From: a virus
Taxonomy: Duplodnaviria > Heunggongvirae > Uroviricota > Caudoviricetes
Direction: 5' to 3' (one strand)
Length of the DNA: 43,781 nt
Virus record (IMG/VR): IMGVR_UViG_2547132077_000004
Location: 1-43,781 of that record
Under the pieces are notes generated by a model, which ran no database searches, was not told the origin of the DNA, and worked only from the letters and a program-made list of their open reading frames with translations. The position numbers were made by a program, and so were the translations under genes. Positions 33,892-41,586 of this stretch are shown piece after piece. Numbering within the stretch: the first letter of the stretch is position 1; each line of letters opens with the position of its first letter.

Positions 33892-34568
33892 CACCGGACA
33901 TTATCCTGCAGCGTACCGGGATCGACGTGAGAGCTGTCGAACAGGGGGATGATGCATGGCACAAATTACGGCTCGGCGTCATCACCGCTTCAGAAGTTCA
34001 CAACGTGATAGCAAAGCCCCGCTCAGGAAAGAAGTGGCCTGACATGAAAATGTCCTACTTCCACACCCTGCTGGCTGAGGTTTGCACCGGTGTGGCTCCG
34101 GAAGTTAATGCTAAGGCGCTGGCCTGGGGAAAACAGTACGAGAACGACGCCAGAACCCTGTTTGAATTCACTTCCGGCGTGAATATTACTGAATCCCCGA
34201 TCATCTATCGCGACGAAAGTATGCGCACCGCCTGCTCTCCCGATGGTTTATGCAGTGACGGCAACGGCCTTGAACTGAAATGCCCGTTTACCTCCCGGGA
34301 TTTCATGAAATTCCGGCTCGGTGGTTTCGAGGCAATAAAATCGGCTTACATGGCCCAGGTGCAGTACAGCATGTGGGTGACGCGAAAAGATGCCTGGTAC
34401 TTTGCCAACTATGACCCGCGCATGAAGCGTGAAGGCCTGCATTATGTCGTGATTGAGCGGAATGAAAAGTATATGGCGAGTTTTGACGAGATGGTGCCGG
34501 AGTTCATCGAAAAAATGGACGAGGCACTGGCTGAAATTGGTTTTGTATTTGGGGAGCAATGGCGATGA
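33888..34568 (+). CDS. exo: Exo (Red-alpha) 5'-3' exonuclease
   Basis: 226 aa, matches lambda Exo; 4-nt overlap with bet. Confidence 0.9.
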   Translation: MTPDIILQRTGIDVRAVEQGDDAWHKLRLGVITASEVHNVIAKPRSGKKWPDMKMSYFHTLLAEVCTGVAPEVNAKALAWGKQYENDARTLFEFTSGVNITESPIIYRDESMRTACSPDGLCSDGNGLELKCPFTSRDFMKFRLGGFEAIKSAYMAQVQYSMWVTRKDAWYFANYDPRMKREGLHYVVIERNEKYMASFDEMVPEFIEKMDEALAEIGFVFGEQWR

Positions 34569-34719
34569 CGCATCCTCACGATAATATCCGGGTAGGCGCG
34601 ATCACTTTCGTCTACTCCGTTACAAAGCGAGGCTGGGTATTTCCCGGGCTTTCTGTTATCCGAAATCCGCTGAAAGCCCAGCGGCTGGCTGAGGAGATAA
34701 ATAATAAACGGGAGGCGGT

Positions 34720-35964
34720 ATGAACGAGGCAGCAATAATTATTGTCCCAACAGACATCAGCAAGAAAATTCGCGAAATAGAAGAGTCCTACAACAGATAT
34801 ATAAATGAATTTCGCATCCCTAATGATCATAAGATAATCGTGAATTATTCAGCAGGAAAAGACAGCACTGCCACACTCGCAGTGGCGCACACATTATTCG
34901 GCAAACAGGTACATGCTGTTATGGCAGACACGGATAATGAGCATAATCTAACTGTCGAATTCGCCAGGAGCATTCATGAGCAGATCGGTTGTAGCCCTGT
35001 GCAGGTTGTGAAGCGGATTTACACTGAAGAAGATTTTGCCAAACGACGAATTTATCTGCAAAAAAACTGGTCTAAACGACAGATGATCCGCATGGGAGCA
35101 TACCGTGGCATAGTCATGCCTTCCCTCGCACGTTCTGACACCAAATTCGGGCAAGCCTGGAAGCGCACAGCAGAACGCTGGGGAATTGAGTTCGAAACTG
35201 CTCTTGATGCTGCGCTTTCCGTTATGCACCCATCCGGTAATAGCTTTTTGGATTGCTCCCTTCTGCATGGCAAGTTCCCTATGCTGCGCGACCGATTCTG
35301 TACAGACGAACTGAAAATTCAGATAGCTTTCGACGCAGCCATAAAGCCGCTCCTTGATGCTGGCGATGTTATCGTACAATGGTCTGGTGTTCGCGCGGAT
35401 GAGTCCTCTAAGCGCGCTGGATATGAGAGGTTTTCCCGCGATATGCGCGACGCCGATTTTCTCTACAACTTCCTGCCGCTCCACAAATGGACGGCTGAGG
35501 ACGTATTCGCAGTTCACAAATATTTCGGAATTAAGCCAAATCCACTTTATATGCAAGGTGCGTCTCGTGTTGGCTGCATGAATTGCGTGCTATGCAACAA
35601 AGAGGAAATTGCAGAGACGGCTGCGCGCTGGCCAGAGCACATCAAAAAGCACAAACAATGGGAGTTGAAGGTACGCCTTGCTAGTAGATGGGTACACTGG
35701 ATGAGCGTAGGAGAGATAAGCCAACGCTGGATGAAACAGTTCAATCTGCCACTTGGTCGAAATATTCAACTTTTTGGGCTAAAACCTGATGTGCAACACA
35801 TCGACTGGTCAGGATTTTATGGTCCTCGTGGAGATCTTAATTCTCCGGGTGTTTATGAAGTCGTAGAGTGGGCAAAAACAGGGCGCGGTGGCAAGGTCTA
35901 CGATCTTGTAAAAGCAAGTCTCGATATAGAGGTTTGCTCTTCACGCTACGGTCTGTGCGAATAA
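34720..35964 (+). CDS. PAPS-reductase-like (PP-loop ATP-pyrophosphatase superfamily) protein with Cys-rich C-terminal extension
   Basis: 414 aa; PP-loop motif (IIVNYSAGKDSTATLAVAH) near the N-terminus; C-terminal CMNCVLC cluster; same strand as the early-left operon. Confidence 0.65.
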   Translation: MNEAAIIIVPTDISKKIREIEESYNRYINEFRIPNDHKIIVNYSAGKDSTATLAVAHTLFGKQVHAVMADTDNEHNLTVEFARSIHEQIGCSPVQVVKRIYTEEDFAKRRIYLQKNWSKRQMIRMGAYRGIVMPSLARSDTKFGQAWKRTAERWGIEFETALDAALSVMHPSGNSFLDCSLLHGKFPMLRDRFCTDELKIQIAFDAAIKPLLDAGDVIVQWSGVRADESSKRAGYERFSRDMRDADFLYNFLPLHKWTAEDVFAVHKYFGIKPNPLYMQGASRVGCMNCVLCNKEEIAETAARWPEHIKKHKQWELKVRLASRWVHWMSVGEISQRWMKQFNLPLGRNIQLFGLKPDVQHIDWSGFYGPRGDLNSPGVYEVVEWAKTGRGGKVYDLVKASLDIEVCSSRYGLCE

Positions 35965-35975
35965 TACTAAGTTAT

Positions 35976-36578
35976 TTACTCATTATTTTTTGATAATACA
36001 ACTTTCTGCCAAGTTATCTGGTTACGTTGAAAACTATCTTTATTTATTGACGTAACTCGCAATGTTTTCAGACCTAACTGAGACGCTAACTCAAGAAGTT
36101 CCTCAGTATTAACAACGTTAATGTTTCTATCTGGTTCGGGAGGTCCTAAGCGCAATGTAATTATCATTCTCCCATTCAATGTTAAAAGATCAGTTAGCGT
36201 CTCTAGTGAGATTTTTTGCTCTTTTTTTGAAAGATGCATCCATACAGCACTGACTAAAATAAGGTCGAACTTTAGATTCATTGCTTTAACACTATGAAGA
36301 AAAGGCAATGAATCATCTAACCATATAATATGGTTAGATTTATAATATGAAGATGCCAAATTTCGCATCTTTTCACTTGGTTCAACAGCTATTACTTTAT
36401 AACCTAATTCATCTAACGCAGCAGCATCACGGCCGGAACCTGAACCGACATCCAAAGAGACACCCTTAGATTGTAAAATAAACTCTTCAACATCCTGAAA
36501 GATAGAGTAAAAATCAAGTGATATATAATCGGCAAATAAGCGATCAGCATTATTGTCATAAAACTTCCACGAAGTCAC
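35976..36578 (-). CDS. Class I SAM-dependent methyltransferase (small, TehB-like architecture)
   Basis: 200 aa; motif I (LDVGSGSGRDAAALDELGYKVIAVE) and motif post-I/II (FDLILVSAVWMHL); AT-rich; start overlaps the upstream gene by 4 nt. Confidence 0.7.
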   Translation of the reverse strand: MTSWKFYDNNADRLFADYISLDFYSIFQDVEEFILQSKGVSLDVGSGSGRDAAALDELGYKVIAVEPSEKMRNLASSYYKSNHIIWLDDSLPFLHSVKAMNLKFDLILVSAVWMHLSKKEQKISLETLTDLLTLNGRMIITLRLGPPEPDRNINVVNTEELLELASQLGLKTLRVTSINKDSFQRNQITWQKVVLSKNNE

Positions 36579-37207
36579 TTTGATAATCCTGATTTTGCTT
36601 CGATAAATAATCCTGACTCAATATTTTTAATTGTTGCTTTGTATGTATTATGTGAAATGTCTTTTGAAAACAAGTTTGGATGATATACCCCAGCAATATT
36701 AACAAAGAAGCAAACAATAAGCATTACTGCCCAGCACGACACTACTATGTAACCAGTTTCCTTATTATCATAGCTAGAGGGCAATTTAAATCCAGCGTCT
36801 CTAGTAATTTCATTTAAAATATAGTTTTTTGAAGGATCTTCAATGTTTTTTTGTAGTGCTATTTTCGAACCAATTAAAGACCTTAAGCGATAAAGTGTAA
36901 TCATTGTTGTGAAATCAAACAATGCTAACACTGCAAAGATAATCCATAGGGAACTTTCATTTGCCAGTGTTGTTGCATACCACAACCCACCATTGACAGC
37001 AATTACGAAACTAGGGATTTGCCACATGAGCTGATTTAAAGCCCGCATGTGTTGTCCTGCTTCAAGATAAGTAATCTCCTGCAGCTTCTGATACCAACGG
37101 ATTGCCTCAATTTTTAGATTTTCGTTAATCTGTTGCTGTTGCTGATTTACCATGTAATCCCTGCTCAACGAACTGAAACTTTTAATGATGCTATCACAAC
37201 TTATCAA
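36575..37207 (-). CDS. Predicted integral membrane protein (three hydrophobic helices), unknown family
   Basis: 210 aa; soluble N-terminal about 60 aa (poly-Gln QQQQQ) then helices IPSFVIAVNGGLWYATTL, LWIIFAVLALFDFTTMITLY, GYIVVSCWAVMLIVCFFVNIAGVY; translationally coupled to the methyltransferase. Confidence 0.55.
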   Translation of the reverse strand: MISCDSIIKSFSSLSRDYMVNQQQQQINENLKIEAIRWYQKLQEITYLEAGQHMRALNQLMWQIPSFVIAVNGGLWYATTLANESSLWIIFAVLALFDFTTMITLYRLRSLIGSKIALQKNIEDPSKNYILNEITRDAGFKLPSSYDNKETGYIVVSCWAVMLIVCFFVNIAGVYHPNLFSKDISHNTYKATIKNIESGLFIEAKSGLSK

Positions 37208-37521
37208 GAAGATGAATTTCGTTATTTAAATTTAATATATCGGAGGCTTTTATCAGAACTTATACATAATACAAGCCCGATGGCTGTCACCAGACAGGAG
37301 CATCAATAACATTTGCCGTAGCGTACTGAAGAAGCACCGCGAAACGGTAACGCTGAGGGATTCACACCGACTCATTTAAGCCTGGCGATCGGCATGTTAA
37401 ACGGCATCTTTAAGGAGCGATGAACATGAAAAGCAAAATCATCAGGGAGCTACAGGCTCCTTTTTTATTATTCGCATTCACCCTCAAGCGTATTAACCAA
37501 CAATTCAGAGATTAATGGAAG

Positions 37522-37740
37522 ATGGCAGACATCATTGATTCAGCATCAGAAATCGAAGAATTACAGCGCAATACAGCAATAAAAATGCGTCGTCTGAACC
37601 ACCAGGCTATATCTGCCACTCATTGTTGTGAGTGTGGCGATCCGATAGATGAACGAAGACGCCTGGCCGTTCAGGGTTGTCGGACTTGTGCAAGTTGCCA
37701 GGAGGAGATCGAACTTAAGAACAAACAATGGGGACTGTGA
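37522..37740 (+). CDS. DksA/TraR-family C4 zinc-finger protein
   Basis: 72 aa; CCECGDPIDERRR ... CRTCASC four-Cys zinc finger with acidic N-terminus; common upstream of xis in lambdoid phages. Confidence 0.75.
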   Translation: MADIIDSASEIEELQRNTAIKMRRLNHQAISATHCCECGDPIDERRRLAVQGCRTCASCQEEIELKNKQWGL

Positions 37741-37787
37741 TGGCCTCAAAGCAGCAAATTTCAACATCGTCCAATTGAGGTGTAAAA

Positions 37788-38066
37788 ATGTTCAGAATCA
37801 TTTTTCCTAACACCTGGTACGTCGACCACCACGGCACTCCCTGCAAAATCCTGCGTTCTACCCACAACAAAGTTCACTACATCCGAAAAGGCAGAACATG
37901 TATCGCCAGCATGTTCCGCTTTAATCATGACTTTGAACCTGTGAATAAAGCTGATGCAGATCGGATAGCAGAAGAGATCGAAACGGCAGAACACATTAAG
38001 AAGTTACGTGACATGCGTTCAAAAAGCAGAGGTAACCATGGAATCATACAGCCTCACACTCGATGA
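37788..38066 (+). CDS. Hypothetical small phage protein
   Basis: 92-aa ORF between the TraR-like gene and xis; no recognisable motif. Confidence 0.35.
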   Translation: MFRIIFPNTWYVDHHGTPCKILRSTHNKVHYIRKGRTCIASMFRFNHDFEPVNKADADRIAEEIETAEHIKKLRDMRSKSRGNHGIIQPHTR

Positions 38067-38482
38067 GGCCTGCCAGCTTCTCAAGATATCCAGACCTACA
38101 GCAATCATGTCAATCCAATAAATGGAGACTCCAAGTGGAAGAAGAAATCTTCACTCGTGAAGAGGCTGCGTCGTATCTGAAGGTAGACAAAGGCACTATC
38201 ACGCAGTGGATACGAAGTGGACGACTTCAAGCCGCAAAGATAAATCCAGATAAACCTAAAAGCCCATATCGCATTTGCAAGTCAGACTGCATTGCGGCGC
38301 TTAAGTCTGTGAGACACAATAGCGCGGTGAATGCGGTTGATGTGCAGGAGGTTAAAGCATGTCAATCAAACTGCGCGGTGGCACATGGCACTGCGATTTC
38401 GTCGCGCCAGATGGATCAAGAGTTAGACGCTCTCTTGAAACATCGGACAAGAGGCAAGCGCAAGAACTTCACGATCGTCTGA
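38063..38482 (+). CDS. xis: Excisionase/AlpA-like HTH protein (start uncertain; overlaps int)
   Basis: HTH segment FTREEAASYLKVDKGTITQWIRSGRL immediately upstream of int; the ORF overlaps int by 124 nt in another frame, so the true start, or an alternative start codon, is unresolved. Confidence 0.5.
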   Translation: MRPASFSRYPDLQQSCQSNKWRLQVEEEIFTREEAASYLKVDKGTITQWIRSGRLQAAKINPDKPKSPYRICKSDCIAALKSVRHNSAVNAVDVQEVKACQSNCAVAHGTAISSRQMDQELDALLKHRTRGKRKNFTIV

Positions 38483-39519
38483 AAGCAGAAGCGTGGAGAG
38501 TAAAAAATCTCGGTGAATCACCGAAAAAGCTATTCAAGGAAGCCTGCATACGGTGGCTGCGAGAGAAAGCGGATAAGAAGTCCATTGATGATGACAAGAG
38601 CATTATATCGTTCTGGATGTTGCACTTCAGAGAAACCATTCTCTCTGACATAACAACAGAAAAAATAATGGAGGCGGTAGACGGGATGGAAAACCGCCGC
38701 CATCGCCTGAACTGGGAGATGAGCCGGGATAGGTGTTTGCGGCTTGGCAAGCCAGTGCCGGAGTATAAACCAAAGCTGGCAAGCAAAGGAACGAAGACGC
38801 GGCATCTGGCAATACTTCGCGCTATTCTCAATATGGCTGTTGAATGGGGATGGCTTGACAGGGCGCCCAAAATATCAACACCACGCGTTAAGAATGGACG
38901 AATCAGATGGCTTACAGAGGAGGAATCGAAGCGCCTGTTTGCAGAAATTGCTCCTCATTTCTTCCCTGTGGTCATGTTTGCAATCACGACAGGCCTTCGT
39001 CGTTCCAACGTTACAGACCTTGAGTGGTCACAGGTCGATCTGGATAAGAAAATGGCATGGATGCACCCTGATGAAACAAAAGCTGGCAATGCGATCGGAG
39101 TTCCTCTTAACGAAACCGCATGCCAGATATTAAGAAAACAGCAGGGGCTCCATAAGAGATGGGTATTTGTCCACACCAAACCTGCCTACCGAAGCGACGG
39201 AACAAAAACAGCAGCGGTAAGGAAGATGAGAACCGACAGCAACAAGGCATGGAAGGGAGCGTTAAAGCGGGCAGGCATTAGCAACTTCCGCTTCCATGAC
39301 CTGAGGCATACCTGGGCAAGCTGGCTGGTTCAGTCCGGTGTCTCTCTTCTTGCACTTAAAGAGATGGGAGGATGGGAAACTCTCGAAATGGTTCAAAGAT
39401 ACGCCCACCTTTCAGCCGGGCATCTCACCGAGCACGCGAGCAAAATCGATGCGATTATAAGTCGCAATGGCACAAATACGGCACAAGAGGAGAACGTAGT
39501 TTACTTAAATGCGAGGTAA
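38359..39519 (+). CDS. int: Tyrosine integrase
   Basis: 386 aa; C-terminal catalytic signature (HDLRHTWASWLVQSGVSLLALKEMGGWETLEMVQRYAHL) with R..HxxR..Y; ends 15 bp from the att core. Confidence 0.9.
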   Translation: MSIKLRGGTWHCDFVAPDGSRVRRSLETSDKRQAQELHDRLKAEAWRVKNLGESPKKLFKEACIRWLREKADKKSIDDDKSIISFWMLHFRETILSDITTEKIMEAVDGMENRRHRLNWEMSRDRCLRLGKPVPEYKPKLASKGTKTRHLAILRAILNMAVEWGWLDRAPKISTPRVKNGRIRWLTEEESKRLFAEIAPHFFPVVMFAITTGLRRSNVTDLEWSQVDLDKKMAWMHPDETKAGNAIGVPLNETACQILRKQQGLHKRWVFVHTKPAYRSDGTKTAAVRKMRTDSNKAWKGALKRAGISNFRFHDLRHTWASWLVQSGVSLLALKEMGGWETLEMVQRYAHLSAGHLTEHASKIDAIISRNGTNTAQEENVVYLNAR

Positions 39520-39533
39520 CTTATTGATTTAGA

Positions 39534-39579
39534 TGGTGCCGATAATAGGAGTCGAACCTACGACCTTCGCATTACGAAT
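39534..39579 (-). other. Attachment-site core: 3'-terminal about 46 nt of a tRNA-Thr(CGU) gene (thrW-like), isolated, no 5' half adjacent
   Basis: Minus strand reads TTCGTAATGCGAAGGTCGTAGGTTCGACTCCTATTATCGGCACCA: anticodon loop with CGT, T-arm GTAGG-TTCGACT-CCTAT, acceptor 3' strand and CCA. The sequence to the right does not continue as D-arm or 5' acceptor stem. The thrW match is from memory. Confidence 0.7.
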
Positions 39580-40065
39580 TATAAGAATCCGCTTCTAATT
39601 CAAAGCATTACCCCATCAACACTGCGCTCACACGTCCCACCACATCAAAACATGTAAAGCCTTGCAAGTCATTGCGAGGCCTTATGTGTCTCAGTTTTGT
39701 CCCACCTTGTATTACGACTTGCATAGCCAATGAAGATAAATGTGACAACAAACGGCGCAGCAGTCTTCTTTTCCTTCATACTTTCCCCACCCAGCATGCA
39801 TACCTTCTACCATAACTGTAGTGAATGTGTTATGAGCGAGATGCGGACATTGGCAGCCTCAACAACATGACTGGCATTGAGGCGTATTAATCAGTGGGGA
39901 GCAGGTCACGCCATCTATAATGGAAAACGTGCTGGTGACCTGCCGATACTCAGTCTCAGGCAGCGAATACAATTACACATAGTTCGAAAAATATGTTAGC
40001 GCAACCAGTGATATCCGCGGCTTTCTCTGGAAAAATGTGTTAGTTTCTCTAAGCCATGTCCATTG

Positions 40066-41001
40066 CTAAAATAGGTATTCTTTTATTCTGTAAAAATCGG
40101 ATATTTTCTCAAGCGCTGATGTAGGAATGGTTTTTTTGTTTATACTCAAACCTGTTTGTGTATTTTTTAGTTCTGCGATAATGTATTCATCATCAATATA
40201 ATCCTCTCTCTCTCCAATGAAGTTTATTATGAATTCTTTTGCTTTTAAAGCTTTTGTGATGTGATATTTTTCATTGAATAGAATATACACTTTGAAAATA
40301 GAATTGATGTGCTCATTAAAAATCGGCATTATTGGGAAAGATTCATCCATCTGTGTCAGGTCAGTCTTTACCTGACTCCCCCACTTAGAAAATCCACGAA
40401 TCAATTCATCTCTCATGAAATATACGATTAACTCTACAATTAAAGTACTACTGGTTTCATCAAGTGATTTTGATATCGTGTACGAAAGTGGTGGCATTCC
40501 ACAATGCTGAACAAAATTTCTGAGCTTATACATGAATCTATATGAAAACTTGCTATCAAATTCATTTCCCGTCAGCGTTTTAAACTCGACAAATTCCGTT
40601 GAATTAGCCCCATACCTCCTGTTAATACTGGTTTCCATATGGTCAAGTAAAGTTTTCACTGACATCATATAGTTCAGTATTCTTGTATTTAAAAAGAATT
40701 TGAAGGTTTTGAAGGGATATGAACCAATAAAAGAAGGTTCTTCGGCTACTTTTTTAACCGTTTCATCCAGAAGTTCCATTAGTGACTCATAGTTCAATCT
40801 TACATATTCTACTAAGGCAAAATCATTCACAAACTCCATAAGTATATTTTTTTGTGTATCATACACTTCAATTTCCTCATTACTAAGGGGTCTTATTTCA
40901 TTTATCTCGTTTACTTCACTTCCATCTGAAATTGATTCTTTAGCAAGGATTATAGTGGATTCGCTCAAGCTTATCTCCCTGATTAATTTTCTGTTAATCA
41001 A
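40066..41001 (-). CDS. Hypothetical protein, strongly AT-rich, unknown family
   Basis: 311-aa ORF, Asn/Lys/Ile/Glu/Phe-rich, divergent from the DUF262/DUF1524 gene across a 585-bp intergenic region. Confidence 0.45.
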   Translation of the reverse strand: MINRKLIREISLSESTIILAKESISDGSEVNEINEIRPLSNEEIEVYDTQKNILMEFVNDFALVEYVRLNYESLMELLDETVKKVAEEPSFIGSYPFKTFKFFLNTRILNYMMSVKTLLDHMETSINRRYGANSTEFVEFKTLTGNEFDSKFSYRFMYKLRNFVQHCGMPPLSYTISKSLDETSSTLIVELIVYFMRDELIRGFSKWGSQVKTDLTQMDESFPIMPIFNEHINSIFKVYILFNEKYHITKALKAKEFIINFIGEREDYIDDEYIIAELKNTQTGLSINKKTIPTSALEKISDFYRIKEYLF

Positions 41002-41586
41002 TATGGAACCCTAAAAGAGCACACTTGATCTGTATTATATCGGCTTAAGTTGCCAAGAATAGCCCCATCTTGATCAATATAATAAGTTTTTTATTCCCCT
41101 CTGACCCTGCATACCACCAATGTCTGTTCCTGGCACTTAGCAGCCCTAGAGACAGTGGCGTAAAGTCATGGAGGAGCGGTGGGAGGAGGTGCAAATCCTC
41201 TCATACAAAAAATACGTAAAATCGATAACGGCTTGACATAATTCAATACTAGCACTATCGGAAGTTCACCAGCCAGCCGCAGCTGACTATTGTATACGAC
41301 ATGTCTGCAGCTTCAATACCCGATAGTGCCATCTACAATGATTTAGCAGCGCTTGGATAAAAAAACAGCAGCAACAATGTGCTAACAATCTCGAAAAAAC
41401 ACCGACGCAATGGAGAACAGACAAAAGAGAATATCCAATGAAACCGTAGCACGTCAGCATTCAAAAGCGGGATTTCTCGTTTTTACTTCACCAGCAACAA
41501 ATACACTGTATCATGACTACATAAAAATGATTATTCTGACTCAGATGAATTTCTTACTCTTGTGGAATGTCACTTATAGGTAAACA

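Noticed and set aside
36575-37207. Calling the membrane protein a TehA-like tellurite-resistance partner of the TehB-like methyltransferase
   Set aside because: TehA is a roughly 330-aa, ten-helix channel; this protein is 210 aa with about three helices and a poly-Gln N-terminus, so the analogy holds only for the methyltransferase.
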